This document shows, piece after piece, positions 19,712 to 29,807 of a stretch of 64,000 nt of DNA; positions within the stretch are counted from its first letter, which is position 1, and each line of letters starts with the position of its first letter. Both the position numbers and the translations under genes were made by a program. The stretch is taken from positions 64,001 through 128,000 of IMG/VR virus record IMGVR_UViG_3300037631_006232; one strand, given 5' to 3'. Under the pieces are notes generated by a model, which ran no database searches, was not told the DNA's origin, and saw nothing but the letters and a program-made list of their open reading frames with translations. This DNA is from a virus (Duplodnaviria; Caudoviricetes).

Positions 19712-20860
19712 ATGAATACAGAGCGTGAGCGCCTAAGTGCGCAGTTTATTAATCAAAGCTTTGTCCGTAAATTGGACGAAGGACGAGTAAAAGAAGCAGC
19801 TGACGAAGGTAGTCGGTTCATTAGATCAAAGCTACGCCAAGAAAGCTTTGCACGAGAAATCTTGCAACCTATTGAGCTTAGCCCAGACGAGATCGATCGT
19901 GACGAGCACACAGATCAACCTAAGAAAATCATCGAAAAAGAGCCTGATTCAACAGCTACTTTCGTAACTTTCAAAGGATCTGGACAACGTACTTTCTTCC
20001 GTGGACCTCGTTACTCAGTATTCTTCGGAAAAGTTGAATCACAACATTTCATGAAGAGCAAGTTCGAACTTCTTACTTACCAAAACGACATCCGCAAAAT
20101 CTTAACTGACAACTCAGTTAAAGATATGGCTGACGTAGAAGATCAAAAGTTCATTGAAACTATTGAAGCTGCTTTAGATGATGCAGGATCTACTTTAGAT
20201 AAACGCTCCAGTGACGGAGCTGCTTCTATTGATGGTGATAATGTAACCTCTTTTGGCGGAGTAGAGTTCTTACCTCTTGCAGATTCAGCAGTAGGTGCAA
20301 ATCTAACTGGTAATCTAGGAGCAACTCAGTTTACTGGAGAACAACTTCTCAATGGTAACAACTTTGTGGCTAGGGCTGCAGAACGTGATGCTGGAGGAGC
20401 TACTGAAATTAGTGGTTCTAAGTTCGATCTTGGAGCACAAGCACCTCTTAGCAAAGAACTTATCGCACAGTTGTTCCAAGCTATGACTGCTAAGAAACTT
20501 CCTATCGGTAAAATGCTTATGAGCAAGACTACCTTCATGGAAGCTCTTAAATTTGACTATAACGATGTTGGTAACGACATTGTTTCTCGTCACTATGACA
20601 ACGGTCTTGAAGGCGAAGATAAGCTCTTTGGTGTACCTGTAATTACTACTATCAAGAATGACATTATTCCTGATAACGTAATCTACTTGTTTGCTCCTGA
20701 GAACTACCTCGGTAACTTCTTCCTTCTACAAGACGCTACTCTATTCATTAAGCAAGAAGCTGATATGATTGAGTTCTGGTCTTACTCTTCTCCTGGAATT
20801 GGTATTGGTAACACTAAAGGTGTTATTAAACTTTCTGGATTTAAGAGCGTAGGCGCTTAA
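19712..20860 (+). CDS. Major capsid protein (HK97-fold)
   Basis: Position, AAGGAG RBS, strongly optimised codons, LFGVPVITTIK and APENYLG motifs, followed by a terminator. Confidence 0.85.
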   Translation: MNTERERLSAQFINQSFVRKLDEGRVKEAADEGSRFIRSKLRQESFAREILQPIELSPDEIDRDEHTDQPKKIIEKEPDSTATFVTFKGSGQRTFFRGPRYSVFFGKVESQHFMKSKFELLTYQNDIRKILTDNSVKDMADVEDQKFIETIEAALDDAGSTLDKRSSDGAASIDGDNVTSFGGVEFLPLADSAVGANLTGNLGATQFTGEQLLNGNNFVARAAERDAGGATEISGSKFDLGAQAPLSKELIAQLFQAMTAKKLPIGKMLMSKTTFMEALKFDYNDVGNDIVSRHYDNGLEGEDKLFGVPVITTIKNDIIPDNVIYLFAPENYLGNFFLLQDATLFIKQEADMIEFWSYSSPGIGIGNTKGVIKLSGFKSVGA

Positions 20861-20893
20861 TAGTAGATAGTAATAGTCTCCACCGGTAGGACC

Positions 20894-20922
20894 TTGGTCT
20901 CACCTTAAAAGCCTCGTATACT
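20894..20922 (+). promoter_or_regulatory. sigma70-like promoter with -10 inside the MCP terminator
   Basis: TTGGTC-N17-TATACT. Confidence 0.45.
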
Positions 20923-20950
20923 TTGTTAAGAAGTATTCGAGGTTTTTTAT
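20907..20950 (+). terminator. Intrinsic terminator after MCP
   Basis: gcctcg-tatactt...aagtatt-cgaggt stem followed by T-tract. Confidence 0.7.
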
Positions 20951-20961
20951 TGGAGAAACTA

Positions 20962-21498
20962 ATGCAAAAAATTAAACTAACTAATGTTAGAGCTGGTGGC
21001 AGCTTTAAATTACCTGGTGGCCTGAGACTTAAAAAAGGTCAATCCGTATCCGTACCTACATCAATGCTTACTCATAAAAGTGTTCGACATCAAATGAGCC
21101 GTGGCCGCATAGCGGTTACTACTATTGGTGGATCAGTAGAAGTAGTTACCGATAACTTAATAGAAGAAGGCCGTGAGAAACTAGATGATCTTGTAGACAT
21201 GGCTCTAGATGTAGTAGATCCGTTCTTAGATACCACCGCAGCTAGGGCAGTAGTAGATTCAGTACTTACTAAAGTAGAGGATACTATTGAGAATGCCGTA
21301 GATAACGCTATCGATGCTGCAGAAGACGCAGTAGCTGATGTAGTAGAAGATATTACTGAGGCAGTTAGCGACGCTGTAGGTAGCGTGGTAGAAGGCATAG
21401 GCGACATGCTTGGTTTTGGGGATGACGAAGAAGATGTAAAAGAAGAAGCGACTAAGCCAAAACGCAGGCGTACTAGAAAGAAAAAATCTGACTCGTAA
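20962..21498 (+). CDS. Hypothetical protein with acidic V/D/A repeats and basic C-terminal tail
   Basis: ATG 20962 with GGAG RBS. Confidence 0.75.
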   Translation: MQKIKLTNVRAGGSFKLPGGLRLKKGQSVSVPTSMLTHKSVRHQMSRGRIAVTTIGGSVEVVTDNLIEEGREKLDDLVDMALDVVDPFLDTTAARAVVDSVLTKVEDTIENAVDNAIDAAEDAVADVVEDITEAVSDAVGSVVEGIGDMLGFGDDEEDVKEEATKPKRRRTRKKKSDS

Positions 21499-21509
21499 GG
21501 AGCTTTCTT

Positions 21510-21902
21510 ATGGCTAATATACGTATTATCGAAATAGAGCAAAGCGAATTAACCCCGGAACAGTTAGCCATAATTAACGCTGGCGGCGTGGTATTCGACG
21601 AAACCTCTCAATGGAAGTACACTAGTAGCACTTCGGACCTAGTGCCTTCTGCCCAATTAGTAGGTAGGGGTGGCATGTGGACTGCTAGTTTTAATACTAG
21701 CCTAGATCCTGATGATGCGCCTCCTTTCGTAGAGTGGAAGTATATTGATGCCGAAGATGTAGTGGACCTAGGTATAGCTAGTGAAGCTAGCCGAGCTCCT
21801 TTGCGCTCTAGAAACATAGATCTTACTCCCAATCCTTCACAATTCCACCCAGACTCTTTCTGGCAGAGAAACGGTCAAGATATAATACCTAGGAGTTCAT
21901 AA
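21510..21902 (+). CDS. Hypothetical virion protein
   Basis: AAGGAG RBS, in operon. Confidence 0.7.
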   Translation: MANIRIIEIEQSELTPEQLAIINAGGVVFDETSQWKYTSSTSDLVPSAQLVGRGGMWTASFNTSLDPDDAPPFVEWKYIDAEDVVDLGIASEASRAPLRSRNIDLTPNPSQFHPDSFWQRNGQDIIPRSS

Positions 21903-22489
21903 TGGCTACGCCTAATATAGTCCCACAATCGGAAAATGATGGTAACTTAGGAAGGCACAGTTTACGCTGGGCTAGTACTTATACCTATAGAGTTAGCTCC
22001 CCCGCTATTAGGGTGGTAAGAGACGCTACTGCTAATGCGGAAGTCTTCACTACTATAGCTACGGATAGCAATGGTGATATTACTATTAATAAAGAGGATG
22101 GTAATGGAGCTAAGCCCTTAGCTACTGCTGAGAGTGTTACTACTCTTAGTGGTACCGTCACTACTATAAATAGCTCTTTGCTCACTAGGCCCTCTGTTAC
22201 TGAGATTACTGGTGCTACTACAGTGGCTAATATCTCAGGTACAGAGCAGCACAGAATTTACTATGCTACAGGCGCTGTCGGGGTAACCTTAACCCTCCCT
22301 ACCGCTGCAGGTGTCGCTGGTTTTAAAATAACTGCTAAGAGCCTACTTACAAATAATGCTAACCTAACTACCACTCCTCAAGCAGATCAGAGCGTTGATG
22401 GGGGTGTTAATGGCGCTAGTATTCTTTTGACTAACAACAATACTCAAATAACTTTGGTATCTACTGGTACTAACTGGATTTCTATTTAG
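21902..22489 (+). CDS. Fibre-associated structural protein
   Basis: Thr-rich; C-terminal TLP...G...NW beta module. Confidence 0.65.
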   Translation: MATPNIVPQSENDGNLGRHSLRWASTYTYRVSSPAIRVVRDATANAEVFTTIATDSNGDITINKEDGNGAKPLATAESVTTLSGTVTTINSSLLTRPSVTEITGATTVANISGTEQHRIYYATGAVGVTLTLPTAAGVAGFKITAKSLLTNNANLTTTPQADQSVDGGVNGASILLTNNNTQITLVSTGTNWISI

Positions 22490-22499
22490 GAGATAAGCT

Positions 22500-23963
22500 A
22501 TGGCTTTTATTAAAGGTAAACAAATTAAGGACGCTAGTGTTTTAACTACAAAACTTAGCGGTATTTCTAGTACCCCCGATGCTGGCGATATTCTAGTAAC
22601 TGGAGCTAGCGGTGTTCTTGCTGCTGTTACAGTAAGCGGCGATGCTACTTTAGCTGCTAATGGTGCTTTGACTATTGCTAGTGGTGCTATCGAAACCGCA
22701 ATGGTTAATGCTAATGTAATTACTGGTCAGACTGCAGAAGCTACTGTAAATGATGCCGATCTAATTCTTATTTACGATGCCTCTGCTTCCGCGCTCCGTA
22801 AGATGACTCGAGCAAACTTCACCGATGGGTTGGGTGGTGGAGGAGGCAGTAGTGCTGCTGATGATATCACAACAGGGGATGCTGCGGTTACTATAGCGAC
22901 TTCTTCTGGTAATATTACAATCGATGCGCAAGCTAGCGATAGCGATATTATATTTAAAGGAACTGATGGCGGTTCCGACATTACGATGCTGACCTTAGAT
23001 GGATCTGATGCGGGCGCAGCTTCTTTTAATAGCTCTGTCTCTGTAGGTGGGGCTTTAACTGTAACAGGTAATCTCACAGTAAACGGTACCACTACCACAG
23101 TTAATTCTACTACCGTAACTGTAGATGATCCCATCTTTACGTTGGGTGGAGATGCTGCTCCTAGTTCCGATGATAATAAAGACCGTGGTATTGAGTTCCG
23201 ATGGCATAACGGCACTGCTGCTAAGGCAGGTTTCTTTGGGTTTGATGATAGTACTGGTCGCTTCTCATTTATACCTGATGCTACCAACAGCAGTGAAGTA
23301 TTCTCAGGTACCTTAGGTGATATTGATATTAACGCTTTGTATATTGGCGGAACATCAATGGTTACTTCGGACGGTGCTGCTAAGGTACAAAGTGGGGTTG
23401 CTGGGTATGGTATTGCTTACGATTCAGGGGCGTTAAAATTTGCCCCTAGTGAGCTTGGTGCTACCACTGATTGGTTAAGTACCATGTCTTTTGTTTTAGA
23501 TGACGATGGTATCGCTAAACGTATGACTAGGAATACTCTAGCAACTAATATAGTAGGCGGGATTGCTTCTGATGGTTTAGAGTCTAATTCAGGTGCATTA
23601 AAAATTAAGTTAAATGGGTCTAGCCTTGATTTATCTTCGAGCGGTGTAAGAGCTGGCACTTTCCAAAAAGATGATCTAGGCCAAACTGTATCTTCTAATG
23701 TAACTGCTGACAATACCGATACTGGTTTAGACATCACAAACACTCCTAATGCAGACCAAATTGTTCGTGTAGAAGTTAATGGCGTTGCTGTCGAACTAGG
23801 CGATGGTGTTAAAACTAAGACCTGCTACTTTAGTGGGGATAGCGGTTCTAATGCTAGAGCTATGGGAGATATTGCTGCAGGAGATTCTCTGTACTGGAAT
23901 GGATCTAGCGTCTATTCTCTAGAAACAGATGATATCGTAGACTTTATCTATTCGTCTCTATAG
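22500..23963 (+). CDS. Mosaic tail/head fibre protein
   Basis: G/T/S/A-rich; LTVTGNLTVNGTTTTVNST and DRGIEF modules typical of phage fibres. Confidence 0.75.
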   Translation: MAFIKGKQIKDASVLTTKLSGISSTPDAGDILVTGASGVLAAVTVSGDATLAANGALTIASGAIETAMVNANVITGQTAEATVNDADLILIYDASASALRKMTRANFTDGLGGGGGSSAADDITTGDAAVTIATSSGNITIDAQASDSDIIFKGTDGGSDITMLTLDGSDAGAASFNSSVSVGGALTVTGNLTVNGTTTTVNSTTVTVDDPIFTLGGDAAPSSDDNKDRGIEFRWHNGTAAKAGFFGFDDSTGRFSFIPDATNSSEVFSGTLGDIDINALYIGGTSMVTSDGAAKVQSGVAGYGIAYDSGALKFAPSELGATTDWLSTMSFVLDDDGIAKRMTRNTLATNIVGGIASDGLESNSGALKIKLNGSSLDLSSSGVRAGTFQKDDLGQTVSSNVTADNTDTGLDITNTPNADQIVRVEVNGVAVELGDGVKTKTCYFSGDSGSNARAMGDIAAGDSLYWNGSSVYSLETDDIVDFIYSSL

Positions 23964-23975
23964 TGTTTCTATAGT

Positions 23976-24050
23976 TAGCTCCTTAAAATTGAAGTAGACT
24001 TAGTAGCATACACACGATAGTATACTAACTGCTTAGATTTTAGGGAGCTA
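23976..24050 (+). promoter_or_regulatory. Long hairpin occluding the SD of 24054, with internal sigma70-like promoter (23995-24023)
   Basis: tagctccttaaaat pairs with attttagggagcta; TAGACT-N17-TAGTAT inside. Confidence 0.55.
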
Positions 24051-24053
24051 CAA

Positions 24054-24533
24054 ATGCAGATAAAACCTAAACAATTAAAGGTTACACAGAATAAATTAGT
24101 GATAGGTAATTCTAGCAATAATGGTGCAGAATTAGCTTACACTATACCTAGTACTGTAGGCACTAGCGGCCACGTACTCACTAGCAACGGTACTAATGTA
24201 GTATTTCAAGCAGTTAGTGGCGGAGGTGGTGGCTCTAGTATTAGCTTTTCTAGAAAATCCGCTAGCTTTTCGGCAGCGGTTAATTACCACTATTCAATAA
24301 CTACAGCCTCCGGTGCCGTTACTGTTACACTACCTGCCTTATCTGGAGCCAGTGATGGGGATACTATACGAATATTCTTTAGAGTCCGAGGTAGTACAAA
24401 TAATGTGGTAGTTAGCAGAGCGACTAGCACTAGTGACTTAATAAATGATGAGACTAGTTTCACCTTAGATGTAGAGCATGACTCTATTACTCTTATAGCT
24501 AACACTACTGATTCTATATGGGAGCTAATATAA
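24054..24533 (+). CDS. Fibre-associated structural protein
   Basis: IKPKQLK N-terminus, GHVLTSNG motif, TLP...W module. Confidence 0.7.
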   Translation: MQIKPKQLKVTQNKLVIGNSSNNGAELAYTIPSTVGTSGHVLTSNGTNVVFQAVSGGGGGSSISFSRKSASFSAAVNYHYSITTASGAVTVTLPALSGASDGDTIRIFFRVRGSTNNVVVSRATSTSDLINDETSFTLDVEHDSITLIANTTDSIWELI

Positions 24534-24883
24534 TGGCTAAGATAACTCCAAAACTAGAACGACATGTTTATGTATCAGGCACGCTAACCACTTCTTCCGG
24601 AGGAACTCCTTTTTACCCTAGGCAGGCTATGCATATTAAATCAGCCAAAGCTACTCTACAAGTAGCTCCTAGTGGTTCTGGTTCTACGGTGGTAAATCTT
24701 ATAAAGAACGGAGACGCTAGCGATATTGTTTATGCAGCTACTTTCTCTGCAGGTACTACCAGTGTTAGCCTTTCTACAGAAGCCACTGTAACTGCGGATA
24801 CTAAACTAAGTGTTGATGTATCTTCTGTAGCAGGAGGTTCTGCGGGTACTGATTTAATTTTTTCATTCACCTATCACAATTAA
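24533..24883 (+). CDS. Structural beta-sandwich protein
   Basis: ATG 24533 coupled; Ser/Thr-rich. Confidence 0.7.
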   Translation: MAKITPKLERHVYVSGTLTTSSGGTPFYPRQAMHIKSAKATLQVAPSGSGSTVVNLIKNGDASDIVYAATFSAGTTSVSLSTEATVTADTKLSVDVSSVAGGSAGTDLIFSFTYHN

Positions 24884-24895
24884 GGATAAACTATA

Positions 24896-25099
24896 ATGCA
24901 AGTAACTGTGCCCGGTAGAGGGACTTACACACTAGCTTTAAATGCTGGTAACTTAGAAGTTAGCCTAAATGGTTCTATTATATTTAAGACACTCGGTAAT
25001 CCTACTAAATTAGGTAATCCCGGCTTTGCCGACCTAAACGAAGCCAACGCTTATTTTCAAACAATCAGTTTATCTCGGACCGTAGTAGAGGAGGAGTAG
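24896..25099 (+). CDS. Hypothetical protein
   Basis: AAGGA RBS, in operon. Confidence 0.7.
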   Translation: MQVTVPGRGTYTLALNAGNLEVSLNGSIIFKTLGNPTKLGNPGFADLNEANAYFQTISLSRTVVEEE

Positions 25100-25101
25100 A
25101 A

Positions 25102-27099
25102 ATGGCTCTTTTAAAAACAGTAAAAGCAAAAAGAAGCGGCTCTGCTGATTACGAGCTATCTCATAAAGGTACAGCTGTGGTTATATCTCCTAATGAAGAC
25201 TTAATATTTATTAAGGATGAGGCTTATGATTATGATACTTTGCTACCTCAGTTTGATAAAAAACTAGCAGGGGGGGTAGATGTTTTTGCAGGGTACAAAG
25301 ATATCCCAACGGCCACAGCCTTGCTCTATGATAAGCCTGTAGTATTTTGCAGTCAGAATACTAGGTGGGATGAGTCTCCGGGGTCCAACCAAGGTGCTAC
25401 TTATTTTGCAAGTAATTCTAACTTCTCGTATGATAGAAACTTAGATAAAACAGCTAGGATGAACAATGGGAGTTTGTTGAAATTTTCAGATTCCGGAGGT
25501 AATGTTCACTATATAGCAACACATAACCAAGAGTACAATGCAAGTGGTTACTCTACACTAACACTGATACAGGGTTCTGATATTACCAACCCTACTAACT
25601 ATGTTATTAAAACTGGTATTACCAATCAGCAAGGAGATACAGTCGCTTCTACCAATCATGCTTGGTTATATATACCCATAGGTGTTGATACTACTAATAA
25701 ATTTATTTATTTAACCAGTGATTGTTTTAGGTCTAGTTATGCGTACCATACCCAATCTACAGATATATTCAAAGTAGCTTATACTACGGTGCCTGTAGAC
25801 GGCTCCATAACCTTAGGTACACCTACCCATGTTGATTTAAGTGTTTTTGAGGGTAATGGTAGGTTTTTAGATTCACAGCCTAGTTTTCTTGTAAGTATAG
25901 CCTCAGGCACAGCTTATTTTCTAACTATCGTAGAGAATGAGTACGACTATTGGGGCACTTCTAATAGTTCTAGTAAACAACCCTCTACCGCTGTTAAATC
26001 AGCTCATAAAGGTAGATACCGTTTTACCAGTTATAACCCAGCAACACAGACAGCTACAAGCTTGGCTGATTTAAAAGGTACTGAGGGCTTTGTAGGTAAT
26101 ACGGATAACGCGACAGAAGCAGTGTCTGATCATCTTAGCTTGCAAGCACCTAGCCACTTTGAGACCAGTCCTATAAGCGGCGAGGGTGCTTTTAAGTATG
26201 CTTACTCTGCTGGCTTTAATGCCAGTACGGGAGTGATGAGTCTACTTTCCCATAAGTGGAATACCAGTACTAATGCTTATACTGTTTCTGTATGTAGCGT
26301 AAGTTTTAGTAGCGGGTCTATGACTGATTATATTACTTATGGACAACAGGATGATCCTAAAAACTTACTAACAACACATAGATGCATCCTTACTAAAAAC
26401 GGATCTGACTACTATATTAGTGTCTGCTACACTTACGGTAGCCAAGATAACTTGGGTGCAAATACTGCCGCTACCTTAAGAAATTTAGTTACTTTTTCTA
26501 TATCGAGTACAAACTTTACAAGCTTAACTTATCACTCAAGTACTAGTTTTCCTGCTTTAGCTGTAATAGGTTTAGATTCAGATAATACATCGCTACTTTC
26601 TATTGAGGGCTCTGCTATGAAGCAGTGGTCTTTTGCAGGTAGTGGCTTTACCGAGACTGCTTCTGAATCAGGAAGTTTCGTAGCTGGGACTAAGGATTCT
26701 GATGGCCGTATATTTGGGGTAGCCTATAATCATAGTGACATGGCAAATGTGAGTGATATTACCGTATATGATGGAGGTACTGCTCATAAACCATTTAATA
26801 CCCACCTACACGTGGTTTCTAGTAGCCTGGCTAATGCTGCTACGGTCGAATTCGAGGACGCCACTATTACCTATGCCGGTAGTAATCTTTCTAAGAACGT
26901 TTTGGTTAATGCCTATAACACAAGTAGTGCTCGGGTAGCTAAAAGTGTTAAACTAGTTATTACTAGTGGTAACGCAGTGTTTACAAGTAACTCTTCTACT
27001 ACTTCTACAGTTACTACAAGTACTAGTGCGGATACGACTGTAGGTTTAACTATTAGCGGGGCAGGTATGATTACTATAAGCGCCTCATTTACTCTATAA
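25102..27099 (+). CDS. Large S/T/Y-rich fibre or receptor-binding protein with C-terminal Ig-like domain
   Basis: Composition, context, beta-rich C-terminus. Confidence 0.6.
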   Translation: MALLKTVKAKRSGSADYELSHKGTAVVISPNEDLIFIKDEAYDYDTLLPQFDKKLAGGVDVFAGYKDIPTATALLYDKPVVFCSQNTRWDESPGSNQGATYFASNSNFSYDRNLDKTARMNNGSLLKFSDSGGNVHYIATHNQEYNASGYSTLTLIQGSDITNPTNYVIKTGITNQQGDTVASTNHAWLYIPIGVDTTNKFIYLTSDCFRSSYAYHTQSTDIFKVAYTTVPVDGSITLGTPTHVDLSVFEGNGRFLDSQPSFLVSIASGTAYFLTIVENEYDYWGTSNSSSKQPSTAVKSAHKGRYRFTSYNPATQTATSLADLKGTEGFVGNTDNATEAVSDHLSLQAPSHFETSPISGEGAFKYAYSAGFNASTGVMSLLSHKWNTSTNAYTVSVCSVSFSSGSMTDYITYGQQDDPKNLLTTHRCILTKNGSDYYISVCYTYGSQDNLGANTAATLRNLVTFSISSTNFTSLTYHSSTSFPALAVIGLDSDNTSLLSIEGSAMKQWSFAGSGFTETASESGSFVAGTKDSDGRIFGVAYNHSDMANVSDITVYDGGTAHKPFNTHLHVVSSSLANAATVEFEDATITYAGSNLSKNVLVNAYNTSSARVAKSVKLVITSGNAVFTSNSSTTSTVTTSTSADTTVGLTISGAGMITISASFTL

Positions 27100-27108
27100 G
27101 GAGTTACT

Positions 27109-27468
27109 ATGATACCTAGTTTTGTAGATGTAGTTAACTCTGTTGTAACCGTGTTAGTTGATGATAAATCCTCCAATAAAACTAAACTAGCTGCAAGCCA
27201 TGCTTATAGTAGGGTTAATCTTACTGTAGCTTCTCCTGACTCTGGTAAAATGTACGTTACACATGCCAGTAAGGTGGTTGCTAATAGTAGCTTTACTAGA
27301 GTAGAAGCTGAGGATTATACTAGCACTTCTGCATCTAAGATGGTATTAAGTACAGGTACTGAGTTCAAGCTAATAGTAAATATAGATAACTCTTCTATGA
27401 AGATAGCTAAGCAAGACTCAGAGGTTCCTACACCTACTGTATTTAATCCTACTACAACTTGGAGCTAA
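27109..27468 (+). CDS. Hypothetical structural protein
   Basis: AAGGAG RBS. Confidence 0.7.
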   Translation: MIPSFVDVVNSVVTVLVDDKSSNKTKLAASHAYSRVNLTVASPDSGKMYVTHASKVVANSSFTRVEAEDYTSTSASKMVLSTGTEFKLIVNIDNSSMKIAKQDSEVPTPTVFNPTTTWS

Positions 27469-27469
27469 C

Positions 27470-27745
27470 ATGGCTGACAAAGACCCTTTTAACTACAAAC
27501 GTACCAAAGAACGCAACTTACCTTTTACCAGGGCCTCTAGATGTTTACTTGCAAACAGTAACATTAAGAAAGTTTTAAATACCTCAGGACTAAGGTTCGT
27601 AGGGGAAAATTTTCTAGAAGACGCTCTAGCAGAAGAGGGTGAAGAGGGGTACTTGGATGCGGAGAATGTTATTATGGTTCTAGTTAGGGAGATTGCTAAG
27701 CTTCATAACAAAGTTACTGAGTTAGAGGTATTACTAAATGGCTAG
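27470..27745 (+). CDS. Hypothetical protein, possible fibre chaperone (C-terminal coiled coil)
   Basis: LVREIAKLHNKVTELE end resembles fibre chaperone coils. Confidence 0.55.
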   Translation: MADKDPFNYKRTKERNLPFTRASRCLLANSNIKKVLNTSGLRFVGENFLEDALAEEGEEGYLDAENVIMVLVREIAKLHNKVTELEVLLNG

Positions 27746-28052
27746 GAAGCGTATGGACTTTAGAAAGTATACCTTGAACAGAGTTGGGGATACTCAATTT
27801 TCTAAAGGTATAAGAAGAGTAGTGTATCTTATGCCTAGTAACTACATTCTTAGTGCTTCTAATCATATAGTTTTTTTAAATAACTATGTGGCTACCTTGC
27901 CGGATGCCAGTGACCACTCTGGTAGAGAATTTGTCATACATAATTCAGGAGCCCAAGCTAGTACTTTACTTGGAATTACAGGGGTTACCTTACAGCCTGG
28001 AGACACTGCTACTGTAATAAGTGACGGAGCTACTTGGCATCGCTTATATTAG
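27738..28052 (+). CDS. Fibre-associated protein
   Basis: TLPDA..GREF...SDGATW module. Confidence 0.65.
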   Translation: MARKRMDFRKYTLNRVGDTQFSKGIRRVVYLMPSNYILSASNHIVFLNNYVATLPDASDHSGREFVIHNSGAQASTLLGITGVTLQPGDTATVISDGATWHRLY

Positions 28053-28365
28053 CGAGTTCTCGTTGCAAGTACCAAATTGCTTTTTCAAGATCTTCCTTAG
28101 GCGTACCTGCTTTTAACCCGGCCCTACATACGTACTTAACTACGTTTCCTAGGTTGAAGTTTAAACCCCAAGCTTCTATTGCTTCTATTGCTTCCACACC
28201 CGAGCTAGCTCGGTAGTGATTGGGGTGGTCTACGTTACTAGGTTCTTCTACTAAATGCATAGTAGCGTCTAGTAAGTTAGTAATCATAGGTCCTGCTCTT
28301 AAGGTAGTAGGGATAGATTCTGCTATAATTTGTAGAGCGGCTTTGCCAAAGATATCATCGTTCAT
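28030..28365 (-). CDS. DUF3310 family protein (T7 gp1.7-like nucleotide kinase)
   Basis: VDHPNHY, EAIEAI, FNLGNVVKY..RAG, EDLEKAIWYL. Confidence 0.85.
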   Translation of the reverse strand: MNDDIFGKAALQIIAESIPTTLRAGPMITNLLDATMHLVEEPSNVDHPNHYRASSGVEAIEAIEAWGLNFNLGNVVKYVCRAGLKAGTPKEDLEKAIWYLQRELANISDAK

Positions 28366-28385
28366 AGTTACTCCGGAGAATATTT

Positions 28386-29315
28386 ATGGGTACCCTAGCA
28401 CATTCCTTAGCCAGAGACACGGGTAATACTGCGTTTGCTTTCCTTACTAGAGAGAGTGATAATGCAGTGTACGATAACACTAATAGTGTTTTTGTAGAAA
28501 ATCAACAATTACATTTAACTAATGACCAAGACACTAGATCGCACTTTAGAATAAGCTACACTGAGATTAAAACGGGGCTGTACCGCTTAGAAATAGATGT
28601 GACTAATTTTTTAGACGGTAATTATACTGTTCAAAGCAGATTTTTAGACTCTAATATAGAGTCCTTGCCTATAGACGTGGTTAGTCTAGTTATATCGGGA
28701 GGAGAAGTGCAGGACGGGGCTATCAATATAGAAGCTACACTTCCAGCAGGTCTAAATATATTTGCTTATATAAAAGATGCTTTTACAGGTACCTACTTAA
28801 AAAGTGATATGAGTGGCTTTTCTGTTTTCTACCCTTTAGATGCTTTAGCAGCTGTTAGAGCTAACTTTAGGCATAGCTTTACAGGAAGTAGTACGCAGTA
28901 TCTCTTGAATAAGAGTTTAGCTACTATAGAAGATACCGTATTAGAAGTTTCTGTATACAATCTAAAAGAGGGTGTGGAGTATAAAGCAGGTTCTCCTGTT
29001 AGGGTGCATGTTTCTAACAATAAGCAGCAGAGGGGCGTCCTGTTCACTACTGTACTGGTAGACCACAACACCCCCTCGCCAGATAATCTTCAGTACTTAG
29101 CAGGTAATGGTGCTTTTATAGAAGGTGCTGATGTATATATATTTAAGCAATCTGAGTATACTTCTGGCGTCTATGATAACGCTGTAGGTAGAACAAAAAC
29201 CGACTCTTATGGTAGGTGGGTGGACTCTCTACCTGTAGAGGCAGGCAATACTTACGTAGTAGTTTTATTTAAACCATATGCTTATGGACCTGATAACACA
29301 CAAATACAACTTTAG
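28386..29315 (+). CDS. Hypothetical structural protein with Ig/prealbumin-like C-terminus
   Basis: GGAG RBS; IEGADVYIF..GRTKTDSYGRW. Confidence 0.65.
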   Translation: MGTLAHSLARDTGNTAFAFLTRESDNAVYDNTNSVFVENQQLHLTNDQDTRSHFRISYTEIKTGLYRLEIDVTNFLDGNYTVQSRFLDSNIESLPIDVVSLVISGGEVQDGAINIEATLPAGLNIFAYIKDAFTGTYLKSDMSGFSVFYPLDALAAVRANFRHSFTGSSTQYLLNKSLATIEDTVLEVSVYNLKEGVEYKAGSPVRVHVSNNKQQRGVLFTTVLVDHNTPSPDNLQYLAGNGAFIEGADVYIFKQSEYTSGVYDNAVGRTKTDSYGRWVDSLPVEAGNTYVVVLFKPYAYGPDNTQIQL

Positions 29316-29324
29316 GGAGGCCTC

Positions 29325-29807
29325 ATGGCTATTCAAGGTACCGCTGTAAATATTAATGATGAATACTCTGCTTGGGTTATTAAACCGGATGATGTTCGAG
29401 AGTTTATGCGAGATTTCCCAGATAACAACATATTATTAGATGGGGTGGAGTTTTCAGACCCAGATATAAAGAGGGCTATTACATTTACGCTTTCTATGGG
29501 TAACGTTACTGCTCGCCCTACTAATTACACTATTACGAATTTTCCAAATGCCTACACACTTCTTATGGGGGTATGTAGCTTCCTTCTCAAATCTGAAGGC
29601 TTACGGCAACTTAGAAACGAAGCTATGTATCAAGATGGTAATATACAGCCTGTAGGTATTGATAATAAGCAGCAGGCTTATGCAGCCTTAGCTGCCCAAT
29701 ACCAGCAAGAGTTTATACAAATGCTTACCGCCATTAAAATACAGGATAATTTAAATTCTTTTGGTCAAATGGGCTCTCCTGTAGGGCAAAGTAGATACAT
29801 AAGATGA
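29325..29807 (+). CDS. Head-tail adaptor (putative)
   Basis: Helical, VREFMRD..FSD motif, position. Confidence 0.55.
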   Translation: MAIQGTAVNINDEYSAWVIKPDDVREFMRDFPDNNILLDGVEFSDPDIKRAITFTLSMGNVTARPTNYTITNFPNAYTLLMGVCSFLLKSEGLRQLRNEAMYQDGNIQPVGIDNKQQAYAALAAQYQQEFIQMLTAIKIQDNLNSFGQMGSPVGQSRYIR

